DNA of 64,000 nucleotides from an uncultured delta proteobacterium (GCA_963775425.1 CAVZJB010000016.1:768001-832000); one strand, 5' to 3'. Counted from the stretch's first letter, positions 1 to 14,345 are shown. Program-made: numbers and translations. The notes: generated by a model not told the origin, from the letters alone.

Positions 1-908
1 TCGACCTGCTCGCGCTCAGAGACGCGCTGCCGGCCGAGATGCAGTTCTTCTGCTTCCCGCTCATCTTCGCCGGCTTCGGCGTGCTCGCCGGCATGTGGCC
101 GTTCCACACGTGGGCGCCCACCGGCCACTCGGCCGCGCCCACCGCCGCGTCGATGCTCCTCGCGGGCGTGGTGATGAAGCTCGGCGCCTACGGCTGCCTG
201 CGCGTGGGCCTGCTCCTGCTGCCGCAGGGTCTCTCCGCGTACGGTGGCATGTGGCAGTGGTTCTTCGCGCTCCTCGCCGTCGCCGGCATCATCTGGGGCG
301 CCGGCGTGGCGCTCGTGCAGAAGGACTTCAAGTTCGTCATCGGCAACTCCAGCGTGAGCCACATGGGCTTCGTGCTGCTGGGCCTGATGACGCTCGACAG
401 CATCGGCATCGACGGCGCCGTCCTGCAGATGTTCTCGCACGGCATCGTGGCGAGCCTCCTGTTCGCCGTCGTCGGCCGCATGGTCTACGACCGCGCCCAC
501 ACCCGCCAGCTCGACGAGCTCGGACCCATGCGCCTCGCGCGCCGCATGCCGTTCGTGGCCGCCGTGTTCATCATCGGCGGCCTGGCCTCCATGGGCTTGC
601 CGGGTCTGTCGGGCTTCGTCGCCGAGCTCCACGTCCTGGTGGGCGCCTGGGACGTGTTCCCCTGGCTGGCCGTCGCCGCCGGCGGCGGGATCGTGATCAC
701 CGTCTGGTACACCTTCCGCACCATCCTCGCCGCCTTCTACGGTGACCCGGCCGCGCCCGACAAAACGCAGGATCCGCTGCCCCCCATCACGTGGCAGGAG
801 CGCGTGGCGTCGCTGGCCCTGGTCGCGCTCCTCTTCGTCGTCGGCCTCGCGCCGGCCACCCTGCTCGACATGATCGATCACAGCGTGCGGCTGATGGTGA
901 ACCGATGA
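1..908 (+). CDS. nuoM: NADH-quinone oxidoreductase subunit M (5' end outside window)
   Basis: Hydrophobic antiporter-like protein with PFHTWAP..H..APT, LLAGVVMKLGAYG, SSVSHMG, QMFSHG and GLPGLSGFVAE motifs; frame is open back to the window edge; stop overlaps nuoN start (ATGA). Confidence 0.92.
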   Translation, partial: DLLALRDALPAEMQFFCFPLIFAGFGVLAGMWPFHTWAPTGHSAAPTAASMLLAGVVMKLGAYGCLRVGLLLLPQGLSAYGGMWQWFFALLAVAGIIWGAGVALVQKDFKFVIGNSSVSHMGFVLLGLMTLDSIGIDGAVLQMFSHGIVASLLFAVVGRMVYDRAHTRQLDELGPMRLARRMPFVAAVFIIGGLASMGLPGLSGFVAELHVLVGAWDVFPWLAVAAGGGIVITVWYTFRTILAAFYGDPAAPDKTQDPLPPITWQERVASLALVALLFVVGLAPATLLDMIDHSVRLMVNR

Positions 909-2455
909 GCGCCGTCGACGTCGCCCAGACCCTCGCGCCCGAAAGCATCATCATCGGCACGGCGCTCGTGTTCCTCATCGTCGACGTGGCGCTGCTGCGC
1001 GGCCGCGAGGTCCGCACCCGCGCGCTCGTGTGCGGCTTCGGCGCCGTCGCCGGCCTCATCGCCGCCGGCGCCGTGCTGTTGCAGCAGCTCTCGGTGACGT
1101 TCGACATCTATTACCGGGACGCCGACCGCATCCTCGTCGTCGATCGCTTGAGCCTCACGCTGCGGCTGGTGCTCGTCGGCCTCGCCGCCGGCGTGTGCCT
1201 GCTGTCCATCCGCTACGAGTTCACCAAACACGTCGGCGAGTACTTCGCCGTCACCCTGTTCGGCCTCGTCGGCATGGACCTCCTCGTGTCCACCGAGAAC
1301 CTCCTGATGTTCGTGGTGGCGCTCGAGCTCCTCAGCGTGTGCCTGTTCATCCTCACGGCCTTCCACAAAGGCGTCCCGCGCTCGGCGGAGGGTGCCGCCA
1401 AGTACTTCCTCATCGGCGCGCTGAGCTCCGCGTTCCTCTTGTTCGGCATGAGCTACGTCGTGGGCACCACCGGCGCCATGGACATCCCGCACCTCGCGGG
1501 CGCCGTCGCGCGCGCCGCCGGCGGCGGCGGCCACCCCGCGCTGTTGATCCTCGGCCTGGTGTTCGTGGTGGTCGGCCTCGGCTTCAAGCTCGCCGCCGTG
1601 CCCTTCCACGCGTGGGCCCCCGACGCGTACCAGGGCGCGCCCACGCCCGTGACCGCGTTCATCGCCACCGGCTCCAAGGTCGCGAGCTTCGCCATCGCCG
1701 CCAAGCTGCTCGTCGTCGGCTTCGGCGGGCTCAAGGGCAGCGTGTCCTGGGACTGGCACGACTTGATGTACGGCTGGCTGGGCGCTCTGCACGTCGAGCC
1801 CGGCTGGATACTCGTCCTCGCGCCCATGGCGGCCGCGAGCATGATCTGGGGCAACGTCGCCGCCATCGGCCAGAAGAACATCAAGCGCATGCTCGCGTAC
1901 TCGAGCATCGCGCACGGCGGCTACACCCTCATCGGCCTCCTCGCCGCCGACGAGGCCGGCCTCACCGCGATGTTCACGTACCTCGTGCTCTACTCGCTCA
2001 CCAACCTGGGCGCCTTCGGCGTTGTCGCGGCGCTCACGCGCAAGGCGGGCGGCGACAATCTCGAGGACTTCGACGGCATGGTGCAGCGGGCGCCGCTGCT
2101 GTCGGTGCTGTTGATGCTGTTCGTGCTCTCCCTCGCGGGGGTCCCGCCGCTCGCCGGTTTCTTCGGCAAGTTCTACCTGTTTTCGACCGCCGTCTCCGCG
2201 GACAGCGGCATGGGCCTGCTGTGGCTCGTCATCGTCGCCCTCGTGACGAGCGTGGTGTCCCTCTATTACTACCTGGTGCTCTTGAAGCACGTGCTCGTTG
2301 ACCCGCCGCGCCACACGGAGCGGATCCGCGCAGGCGCGCTGTGGACGCTGCCGCTCGTCGTCATCGCCCTGCTGGTGGTGGGCCTCGGGGTCTATCCGCA
2401 GCCGCTCGTGCACATGTTCGCGGGGCTCGTTCACATCGGCGGGTTCGTGCGCTGA
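905..2455 (+). CDS. nuoN: NADH-quinone oxidoreductase subunit N
   Basis: ATG at 905 overlaps nuoM stop; motifs EGAAKYFLIGA, FKLAAVPFHAWAPDAYQGAPTP, KRMLAYSSIAH, GVPPLAGFFGK. Confidence 0.95.
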   Translation: MSAVDVAQTLAPESIIIGTALVFLIVDVALLRGREVRTRALVCGFGAVAGLIAAGAVLLQQLSVTFDIYYRDADRILVVDRLSLTLRLVLVGLAAGVCLLSIRYEFTKHVGEYFAVTLFGLVGMDLLVSTENLLMFVVALELLSVCLFILTAFHKGVPRSAEGAAKYFLIGALSSAFLLFGMSYVVGTTGAMDIPHLAGAVARAAGGGGHPALLILGLVFVVVGLGFKLAAVPFHAWAPDAYQGAPTPVTAFIATGSKVASFAIAAKLLVVGFGGLKGSVSWDWHDLMYGWLGALHVEPGWILVLAPMAAASMIWGNVAAIGQKNIKRMLAYSSIAHGGYTLIGLLAADEAGLTAMFTYLVLYSLTNLGAFGVVAALTRKAGGDNLEDFDGMVQRAPLLSVLLMLFVLSLAGVPPLAGFFGKFYLFSTAVSADSGMGLLWLVIVALVTSVVSLYYYLVLLKHVLVDPPRHTERIRAGALWTLPLVVIALLVVGLGVYPQPLVHMFAGLVHIGGFVR

Positions 2456-2499
2456 GGGCGTTGCCGGCCGCGCGCTGGCAGCTCGCACAGGGGGGGCTC

Positions 2500-3444
2500 A
2501 TGGACTATCGACGGCTCGGTGCCTCCGGCTTGCACGTGAGCGCGATCGGCCTCGGCGGCTGGACCACGTTCGGCTCGGGTGCGCTGGCTCCCGAGGACGG
2601 CGAGCACATCGTGCGCGCGGCCTTCGACGCCGGCATCAACTTCTTCGACATCGCCGACGTCTACGCGCAGGGGGAGTGCGAGCGGAGCATGGGGCGCGTG
2701 CTGAAGACGCTGCCGCGCCACCGGCTGGTCATCGCGTCCAAGGTGTACTGGCCCATGTCCGACGACGTGAACGACCGCGGGCTGAGCCGGAAGCACATCG
2801 TGGAGAGCGTGGACAAGAGCCTCGCACGCATCGGCGTCGACTACCTCGACCTCTACTTCTGCCACCGCTACGACGACGACGTCCGCCTCGACGAGACATT
2901 GCGCGCCATGGACGACCTCGTCCGCGCCGGCAAGATCCTCTACTGGGGAACGAGCTGCTGGACGGGGGCGCACCTCAAGGAGGCGCACGCCCTCGCCGAC
3001 GCCCGCTCGCAGGCGGCGCCGGTGGCCGAGCAGCCGGAGTACGGCCTGATGTGTCGCGACATCGAGCGCGCGCTGATGCGGGCGGCGCAGGAGGCGGGCA
3101 TGGGGCTGCTCGTCTGGGGCGCGCTCGCGTCGGGCGTGCTCACCGGCAAGTACAAGGACGGCATCCCCAAGGGCTCGCGCCTCGATCGCATCGAGTGGCT
3201 CCGGGACACGGTGCTCACCGACGAGCACCGCGCCCAGGTCGACGCGTTCGTCGCGCTCGCCGCCGAGCTCGGCGCGCCGCCGGCGCGGGTGGCCCTCGCG
3301 TGGGCGCTGTCGCGCCCGGGCGTCTCGAGCGTGATCACCGGGGCGTCGAGCGTGGCGCAGCTCGAGGAGAACCTGACGGCGCTGTCGCTGCCCATCGACG
3401 ACGCCCTCGGCGCGAAGCTCGACGCCATCTTCCCAGCCGCGTAA
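2500..3444 (+). CDS. Aldo/keto reductase (Kv-beta/Tas-like)
   Basis: MDYRRLGASGLHVSAIGLG, FFDIADVY, ASKVYW, GLSRKHI, DYLDLYFCHRYD; G-rich RBS before ATG 2500. Confidence 0.92.
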   Translation: MDYRRLGASGLHVSAIGLGGWTTFGSGALAPEDGEHIVRAAFDAGINFFDIADVYAQGECERSMGRVLKTLPRHRLVIASKVYWPMSDDVNDRGLSRKHIVESVDKSLARIGVDYLDLYFCHRYDDDVRLDETLRAMDDLVRAGKILYWGTSCWTGAHLKEAHALADARSQAAPVAEQPEYGLMCRDIERALMRAAQEAGMGLLVWGALASGVLTGKYKDGIPKGSRLDRIEWLRDTVLTDEHRAQVDAFVALAAELGAPPARVALAWALSRPGVSSVITGASSVAQLEENLTALSLPIDDALGAKLDAIFPAA

Positions 3445-3447
3445 CCG

Positions 3448-3917
3448 GCCGCCTCACGCGCCGTACAGCAGCCATCCCTGAGCGCCGATCGAAGCGACGC
3501 TGCGTGGCAAGCGGCGTGAGGTGGCGACGACATCAAGCCCCGATTCGAGCGCGGCGGAGGCCGCCGGAGTCGCGCGCTGTACGCCGTATCGACCCGCGAA
3601 CGCCGCCTCACGGGCCCACCGTACAGCAGCCATCCCTGAGCGCCGATCGAAGCGACGCTGCGTGGCAAGCGGCGTGAGGTGGCGACGACATCAAGCCCCG
3701 ATTCGAGCGCGGCGGAGGCCGCCGGAGTCGCGCGCCGTACGCCGTATCGACCCGCGAACGCCGCCTCACGGGCCCACCGTACAGCAGCCATCCCTGAGCG
3801 CCGATCGAAGCGACGCTGCGTGGCAAGCGGCGCGAGGTGGCGACGACATCAAGCCCCGATTCGAGCGCGGCGGAGGCCGCCGGAGTCGCGCGCTGTACGC
3901 CGTATCGACCCGCGAAC
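3448..3917. repeat. Three tandem copies of a 158-bp structured intergenic repeat
   Basis: CCGTACAGCAGCCATCCCTGAG recurs at 3461, 3619 and 3777 (period 158); copies differ at only a few positions. Confidence 0.95.
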
Positions 3918-3985
3918 AACGCCGCCGCGCGACGCACGGCGGGCTCCGCCGCCCGCGCGCGGAGCGCGCCGCGCCGAGAGGCGCC

Positions 3986-4011
3986 GTGAGGTCGCCGACA
4001 GGCGACCTCAC
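3986..4011. terminator. Perfect 11-bp hairpin directly after the lon stop; probable terminator between convergent genes
   Basis: GTGAGGTCGCC-GACA-GGCGACCTCAC; no clear U-tract on either strand. Confidence 0.55.
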
Positions 4012-4013
4012 AA

Positions 4014-6434
<2,421 letters not shown>

Positions 6435-6463
6435 GTCACTCCTTGGCCCGTGGGCCTCGCATC

Positions 6464-6491
6464 AATATATGCGGAGACGACCTGGCGACAA
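6464..6491 (-). promoter_or_regulatory. Putative sigma70-type promoter of lon
   Basis: Minus strand TTGTCG-16 nt-TATATT, an AT-rich patch in a GC-rich context. Confidence 0.45.
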
Positions 6492-6571
6492 GCCGAGCAC
6501 GCCAAAGGCGCGCGCCGGCTTGCTCGGCGGTCGGCCGGAGCCACAGGCGGAGGGCGGCCCAGGGGCCCTCA

Positions 6572-8203
6572 TCACGGGGGCGTCGGGTTCTGCACGCCGC
6601 TGCCGACGAAGTCCGGGACCACCATCTCGAACGCGCCGTCCGACCCGGAGACGGCCTCGCCCACGAGGATGGCGGAGCCCTGCTCGTCGAGGAGGAAGTC
6701 CGAGAACACCCGCACATACGCGTTGTCCACGGGAGCCCCCGACGACAGGACGGTGCCGGCGACGACGGCGCGGGCGGGCAGCCGGACGTCGGCCTGGAGC
6801 CCGCCGTCCGGCACGGTGACCAGCTCCGACGAGGCCGGCGCGTTCTTGCCGCGCGGCGGCCGCGTCGACACCCGGTAGCGGCCGGGGTCCACGGAGACCT
6901 CGAAGGTGCCGTCGTCGCCGCTCTGCGTCGTAAAGGACACGAAGGTGTGGGCCAGGGGGGCGTCGGGGCCGGCCGGATCGACGACCCGCGTGATGGTGAG
7001 CTGGGCGCCCGGCAGCGTGGCGCCGTCGGGGTCGAGGACGGCGCCCGCGAAGCGCACCCGGGCGGGGAGCGTGAGCTCGAGGTCGGCGTTGGTGGAAGGG
7101 ACGTCCACGTCGCCCTGCACGAGCAAGCCCGCCGCCGAGGTCTCGGGAGCCACGACCACGACCGTGTAGGTGCCCGGGGGGAGCTGCGCGTCGAGGACAC
7201 CGGCGCCATCCGCCTGCACCAGCGTCTGAAAGGCGCCGTTGCCGACCTCCGCCTGCAGGGTCGCCGTGGCCCCCGGGACGCCGTGCCCGGCCTCGTCGAC
7301 GACGCGGGCGACGAAGTGGGCGGGCGTGAGGACGACGCCGAGGCTGACGACGCCGGCGTCGAGGACGCCCTCGTGCGCCTTGTCGGGGTCCACGGGGACG
7401 CCGAGGCTCGGGAAGGACGGGTTGTCGCTCGTGGGGCTCACGGTGAGCGTGAGGGGGTCGCCGGCGGTGCCGGCGACGCCTGAGAGGACCACGGTGAACG
7501 AGCCGTCCGCCGCGGTCCGCGCCGTCGACGAGACGCGCCGGCCGGCCTGGTTTTCGACGTGGAGCGCGAGCTGGGGGATCCCCTGCTCCGCCGCGCCCTC
7601 GCCGGCCTTGACGAAGCCCCGCACGCGGATGCCCGCGGCGTCGTCGACGAAGGGGGGATCGAGCGTGACGCGCCCCGACGAGTCGCCGTTGGCGACGAAG
7701 CCGGCGTCGTCGTACGCGGGGGGCAGCGCGGCGTCCCCGGGGACCACGGTGACGCCGTAGCGCTCGCCGTCGACGAGGAGCACCGAGAAGTTGCCGGCGT
7801 CGTCGGTCTGCGCGTTGGGGGCGAGCGCGCGCCCCGCGATGAACTCCTCGGGGCGCGCCAGGACCTGGGCGGCGACCCCGGGCCCGCCGTCGCCGTGGCG
7901 GACCCGGCCGCTCCAGGTGACACCGGAGGCCAGGGAGACGTCGACGCGCGGGTTGTCGCGCAGGTTGAGCGCCAGCCGGCTCTGCACGGGGAGGCCGGCG
8001 GCGCTCGGATCGATCTCGACGTCGACGGCGCCGAGCCTCTGGTCGGCGGGGTTCACGCACGAGCCGAGCGCGCAGACGTCGGCCCGCGGGCAGTCCGCGT
8101 CCCCGCTGCAGGAGGTCGCCTGCGGCAGCGGGAGCGAGCACGCCACGCACAGCGCCAAAGCGGCGCCGATCGCGAGCAAGCCGGGGGCAAAGCGGCGGAT
8201 CAT
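6572..8203 (-). CDS. Lipoprotein with repeated carboxypeptidase-regulatory-like (Ig/transthyretin-like) beta domains
   Basis: Start MIRRFAPG at 8203 overlaps the upstream stop (ATGA); lipobox CVAC, small Cys-rich module, repeated TDDAGNF / DDGTFEV / DPGRYRV motifs. Confidence 0.7.
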   Translation of the reverse strand: MIRRFAPGLLAIGAALALCVACSLPLPQATSCSGDADCPRADVCALGSCVNPADQRLGAVDVEIDPSAAGLPVQSRLALNLRDNPRVDVSLASGVTWSGRVRHGDGGPGVAAQVLARPEEFIAGRALAPNAQTDDAGNFSVLLVDGERYGVTVVPGDAALPPAYDDAGFVANGDSSGRVTLDPPFVDDAAGIRVRGFVKAGEGAAEQGIPQLALHVENQAGRRVSSTARTAADGSFTVVLSGVAGTAGDPLTLTVSPTSDNPSFPSLGVPVDPDKAHEGVLDAGVVSLGVVLTPAHFVARVVDEAGHGVPGATATLQAEVGNGAFQTLVQADGAGVLDAQLPPGTYTVVVVAPETSAAGLLVQGDVDVPSTNADLELTLPARVRFAGAVLDPDGATLPGAQLTITRVVDPAGPDAPLAHTFVSFTTQSGDDGTFEVSVDPGRYRVSTRPPRGKNAPASSELVTVPDGGLQADVRLPARAVVAGTVLSSGAPVDNAYVRVFSDFLLDEQGSAILVGEAVSGSDGAFEMVVPDFVGSGVQNPTPP

Positions 8204-8820
8204 GGGTTGATGCAGCTCTCTGACTTGAGCCGGATAGGCCAGGCCACGGTGGTGACGGCGAAACCCTCGGGGGCCGCCGTGTCGTCGCCCTTGAAGCCGC
8301 CGTCGCTGATGCTCAGCTCGAAGATTTGCCCGAGCTTCGAGTGGTCCGCGTCGACCTGCTCGTCGAGGACGGCGGCCGGCAGGATGTCGGTCACGGTCGC
8401 CTGGTCGAGCTGAAAGGGCGGGAAGTCGTAAAACGAGCCGTCGACGGGCTCCGCGCTCGGATCGATCTCCGTGTCGGACAGGCGCAGCCTCTTGGGAGCG
8501 TCCTCGACGCCGTTGGCGAAGATGATGGACTTGCGCACCGTGAGCGGATCGAGGTCCGCGTCCTCGAGGCGATCGGCGGCGAAGGTGGTCAACGGCGCGC
8601 ACCCGTCACCGACGTTGACGTCGAGCCGACCGAAGGGCGCCGTACACGCCGTGGACCCCAGCGGGCACTGGGCGACGTTCACGTTGGGCGGCGGCTGCAT
8701 GTTCACCAGCACGGGCGCGTGATCGGCGTCGGGCACCGCGCGGTCGAGGAACAAGGGGTTCAAACAGCCCGCCATCACGACGGGGGAGAGCAACCCGAGT
8801 GCCACTCGGCAAGCCCGCAT
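8200..8820 (-). CDS. Hypothetical lipoprotein
   Basis: MRACRVALGLLSPVVMAGC lipobox; acidic beta-rich body; translationally coupled to the next gene. Confidence 0.65.
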   Translation of the reverse strand: MRACRVALGLLSPVVMAGCLNPLFLDRAVPDADHAPVLVNMQPPPNVNVAQCPLGSTACTAPFGRLDVNVGDGCAPLTTFAADRLEDADLDPLTVRKSIIFANGVEDAPKRLRLSDTEIDPSAEPVDGSFYDFPPFQLDQATVTDILPAAVLDEQVDADHSKLGQIFELSISDGGFKGDDTAAPEGFAVTTVAWPIRLKSESCINP

Positions 8821-8980
8821 CCCCTGTGGCTCTCCCACGCTCGTCACGCCCCCGAGCCTCCCACACCGCGACACCGGCGTCGTGGGGTCCTGTCTCCGCC
8901 AATCCGGGGCGCGGGACAAGCCCCCGCCCTCCGGCGCGTCGTGGGGAGCCCCCGCGCCACCGGGGTCGGCGGCGGGCCCC

Positions 8981-10798
<1,818 letters not shown>

Positions 10799-10897
10799 GG
10801 GCTGGTGTGTACACCACCGACACGCGATCGCCAGCGGGGGCCGGCCACGGCAGGCCGATCCGGAGGCGCCGTCAAGGGACGCCGTGCGCGCACACGG

Positions 10898-11881
10898 CTA
10901 CCGGCTCGCGTCGTCAGGGGTGGCCTTCGGCGTGGGCGCGATCTTGTCCGCGTGGCGCAGCTCTTCGGGTGTGAGCCGGCGGCGGGTCTGCTTGGTGTCC
11001 ACGACGCCGCCGTCGTCACGGTCGTAGAGCGCGTCGCCGACGCCGTAGACGTACAGGCCCGCGAAGGCGAGCGCGCTGATGAACTGGGCGTCGAGGACGG
11101 CGTGGTACACGTCCTGCTCCGGCTGGTCCGTGCGCACCTTGTCGTCGAGCAGGAGCATGAGGATGCTCGTCCAGAACAGCGCCACCGTCGACGCCGCCGT
11201 CACCCCCTCCGCGGCCCCGACGATGACGGCCTTCGTCGTGGAGCCGTTGGCTGCCTGGGCGAGGCCGAAGGGCATGAACGCCACCGCGAGCGGCACCTCT
11301 TTGACGACGGTGGTGCGCTCGATGAGCACGCCGCCGTGCTCGTCGACGGCGTCGGCCTTGGCGCGCTCGCGGGCGCGGCGGAGCTCCTCGAGCTGCACCT
11401 TCATCGCGGCCTTCTGCCGATCGAAGATCTCGATGGCCGCCGGCGGCGTCAGGAACGGATCGAGCGCGAAGTCCGGGTTGATGCTCAGAAGCGACGAGAA
11501 CTCGCGCGCGGCCTCGAGCGGCTTGGGCTTGTCGGCGAGCGCGTAGCAGATGCCGAGCATGCGGTGGACGTCGAGCTGCTCGTCCTCGTCCTGGAGCTGA
11601 CCGGGCACCGCGAGCGGCGCGAGCGTCTCGATTGTCCCCGGGCAGTCCTGGTACTCGAACAGGTTCTTGCCGTGCTTGTAGATCTGCTCCGGCGTCATCG
11701 GCTTCGACGCCGGCTCCGCCCTGGGGGCAGCCGGCGTCGTCGCGGGCGTCGCGGCAGGGGGCGGCGCGGCAGGGGGCGTCGCCGCCGGGGGTGTCGCCGC
11801 AGGTGTCGTCGAGGGCGCGGGCGCATCGACCGCGGGCGCCAGGAGCGCGAGCGCGGTGAGGACGGCGGCGACGGCGGGCAT
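10898..11881 (-). CDS. Exported TPR-like protein with C-terminal hydrophobic helices
   Basis: Signal peptide, Pro/Ala linker, TPR-like helices (LGICYAL, LDPFLTPP), C-terminal PFGLAQ..NG membrane segment. Confidence 0.65.
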   Translation of the reverse strand: MPAVAAVLTALALLAPAVDAPAPSTTPAATPPAATPPAAPPPAATPATTPAAPRAEPASKPMTPEQIYKHGKNLFEYQDCPGTIETLAPLAVPGQLQDEDEQLDVHRMLGICYALADKPKPLEAAREFSSLLSINPDFALDPFLTPPAAIEIFDRQKAAMKVQLEELRRARERAKADAVDEHGGVLIERTTVVKEVPLAVAFMPFGLAQAANGSTTKAVIVGAAEGVTAASTVALFWTSILMLLLDDKVRTDQPEQDVYHAVLDAQFISALAFAGLYVYGVGDALYDRDDGGVVDTKQTRRRLTPEELRHADKIAPTPKATPDDASR

Positions 11882-11986
11882 GCGCCTTCGCTTCTACCAC
11901 GAGCGCTCGCACGCCCAACCGAGACCGGCCCGGCGCGCCGACGGTGGCGCCGTCCGCCACGCGCCGGGCCCGACCGACGACGAGGG

Positions 11987-14230
11987 TCACGGCACGGGGG
12001 CGGGCGCGGGGCGGGCCACTTCGGGCTCGAGCTTGACGGTGAGCGGCAGGGTCTGGCCCGCCTGGAAGTTCACCTTGCGGTACAGCGGCCGGAAGCCCTT
12101 CTTGTACACGGTGACGTCGAGCCGCTCCTGGAAGTGCTTGCCGAGCGGGACGACCAGCGCGCCGGAGTGGACCGTCTCCCCCGCCGTCTTTCCGCCCTTG
12201 CCGCCCACCGAGACGAACGCGTCGGGCTCGCTGCAGGTGACGATGAGCAGCGCGGGGCGCGGCTCGATCTCCACCGCGACGTCGGGGACGCCTCCCTCCG
12301 CGGGCACGTCGACGGGGACGTCGACGTCCTTCCCGAAGGGGTTGCGGAAGCCGACGGTGTGCTTGCCGACGGCGAGATCGCCGTCCCACAGGGGCTTGCC
12401 GGCGGCCACGCGCTTTCCGTCGACGTAGATGTCCGCGTACGGCTTGGCGCGCAGCGTCACCTTGCGGGTGGCGACCACGGCGGGCGTCGCGCCCGCGTCG
12501 GCCGGCGGCGTCACCCGCGGCGGCGCCACGGCGACGATGCGGGTGGTCCCCTTGCCGTCGTGCTTGTCCTCGTGCGCCTTGTGGGAGCGCGCGTCGCCGG
12601 CGACGTCCGCCGCCGGGAGCGCGGGCTTGCCAAGCTCGATGTCGTCGGGGCCGATGGCGGGGCGCTCCTCCCCGGGGGCCCCTGCGCCGCTCCGGGCGTC
12701 ACGGGCGTCACGGGCGTCACGGGCGTCACGGGCGTCACGGGCGTCACGGGCGTCACGGGCGTCACGGGCGTCACGGGCGTCGCGGTCCGCGACGACGTCG
12801 TCGCGCGCGCCGTGCGCGCCGTTTTCGGCGACCACGGCCCGGTCGTCGTCGAACCGGCGCGCGACCAGGAACGCGCCGGCGATGAGGACGACGGCGACGA
12901 CGACGAGCGCGGCCTGCTGAAGGACGCGCCCGACCGCCGGCCGCTCCACCCCCGTCGTCGTCGGCGGCACCAGCCCCGCCACCGTGGGCGCCGTCTGCGG
13001 CTCGGCGAGGGGCTCCGCCGGCGCCTCCCCCGCGGGCAACGGCGCGTCGTCGCCGGTGATGTCGTCGCAGGCGTTGGCCCTCTCGATGAGGGCCTGCGCG
13101 GCGCCGTCGGACTTGTCCTCGGCGAGCACGCGGTTCAGGCACGCGAGCGCCCGCGCCGGCGCACCCTCGGCGATGTGCTGCTCGGCGCGCGCGAGGAACG
13201 CGGCGCGCACCTCGGCGGTGGCGCGCGGCAGCTCGGCGTCCGGATCGGCCAGGAGCTCGCGCAGCCGCACGGGGTCCGCGGGCAGCCCGGAGCGCTCGAG
13301 GACGTCCTCGAGGGCGGCGGCGAGGGCGCCGGCGTCTTCGAAGCGATCCTTGGGCTTGGTGGCCATCGCCTTCTGGATGACGCGGGCGAGATCGTCCGAG
13401 ACCTTGGGCGAGCGCTGCTGCGCCGGCAGCGCCTTCCCCTCGACGATCTGCTTCAGGAGCGCGTGCGGCGTGAGCGCCTCGAAGGGCAAGGCGCCGGTGA
13501 CGATCCAGTACAAGACCGTCCCCAGCGAGAACAGGTCGGAGCGCTCGTCGGCGGCGTGGCCGTCGATGCACTCGGGCGCCATGTGCGCCGGCGAGCCCAG
13601 CAGCGTGCCCGTGATGGTCAGCCCCTTCTGGTCGGCGACGTGCGCGATGCCGAAGTCCATCAGCTTCAGCCAGCCGTCCTCGCGGACCATCACGTTTTCG
13701 GGCTTGATGTCTCGGTGCACGACCCCGTGCTCGTGGGCGTGCTCGAGGGCCCGCGCCACCTGCCAGACCACCATGGCGCCGGCCTCGGGGCAGCGCCACA
13801 GCTCGTGCTCCTCGACGAACCGCTTGAGCGTCGGCCCCTTGACGAGCTCGGCGATGATGAAGCCCTCGGCGAAGCCCCGCACCCGCCCGTGCTTGCCCAC
13901 GGGGCCGGGGCGCTCGTCGATGGTGTCGGGGTCGCCCGAGAAGTCGAAGACCTTGAGGACGTGCGGGTGCTCGAGGCGCGCCACCGCCCGCGCCTCCCGC
14001 GCCAGCCGCTGGCGGCACTCGGACTTCTCCGCCAGGAACGGGTGCAGGACCTTGATGGCGACGTCGCGGTGCAGGTGCTCGTCGTGGCCACGGTACACGA
14101 CGCTCATGCCGCCCTGCCCGATGACCTCGACGACCCTGTAGTGCAGCAGCGACTGGCCGATCAGCGGGTCGGGCCCGGGCCCGGGCCCCCGCGCGTCATC
14201 GGTTTTGCCCAGCTCGACGGTCTGCGCCAC
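11987..14230 (-). CDS. Transmembrane Ser/Thr protein kinase with C-terminal PEGA-like domains
   Basis: IGQGGMSVVY, VAIKVL, HRDIKPEN, DFG, APE, DLFSLG; TM helix ALVVVAVVLIAGAFLV; PYADIYVDG PEGA motif. Confidence 0.93.
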   Translation of the reverse strand: MAQTVELGKTDDARGPGPGPDPLIGQSLLHYRVVEVIGQGGMSVVYRGHDEHLHRDVAIKVLHPFLAEKSECRQRLAREARAVARLEHPHVLKVFDFSGDPDTIDERPGPVGKHGRVRGFAEGFIIAELVKGPTLKRFVEEHELWRCPEAGAMVVWQVARALEHAHEHGVVHRDIKPENVMVREDGWLKLMDFGIAHVADQKGLTITGTLLGSPAHMAPECIDGHAADERSDLFSLGTVLYWIVTGALPFEALTPHALLKQIVEGKALPAQQRSPKVSDDLARVIQKAMATKPKDRFEDAGALAAALEDVLERSGLPADPVRLRELLADPDAELPRATAEVRAAFLARAEQHIAEGAPARALACLNRVLAEDKSDGAAQALIERANACDDITGDDAPLPAGEAPAEPLAEPQTAPTVAGLVPPTTTGVERPAVGRVLQQAALVVVAVVLIAGAFLVARRFDDDRAVVAENGAHGARDDVVADRDARDARDARDARDARDARDARDARDARDARSGAGAPGEERPAIGPDDIELGKPALPAADVAGDARSHKAHEDKHDGKGTTRIVAVAPPRVTPPADAGATPAVVATRKVTLRAKPYADIYVDGKRVAAGKPLWDGDLAVGKHTVGFRNPFGKDVDVPVDVPAEGGVPDVAVEIEPRPALLIVTCSEPDAFVSVGGKGGKTAGETVHSGALVVPLGKHFQERLDVTVYKKGFRPLYRKVNFQAGQTLPLTVKLEPEVARPAPAPVP
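12693..12782. repeat. 9-bp tandem repeat (CGGGCGTCA), about 10 copies, encoding (DAR)10
   Basis: Directly visible: nine perfect copies plus one near-perfect copy. Confidence 0.95.
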
Positions 14231-14345
14231 GGGCCCAGGCTAGCAGAACGCGCCGGAGCCAGGCCTCGGCAAACGGAACGATCCCGGCTCGACGACGAGC
14301 CCCCTTGACGAGCCGCGCAGAGGGTCCCCGAAGTCGCTCCGCACG

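Noticed and set aside
3448-3917. 158-bp and 152-bp arrays (also 23028-23345) as CRISPR arrays
   Set aside because: Whole units repeat with no unique spacers, the units are far too long, and no cas genes are present.
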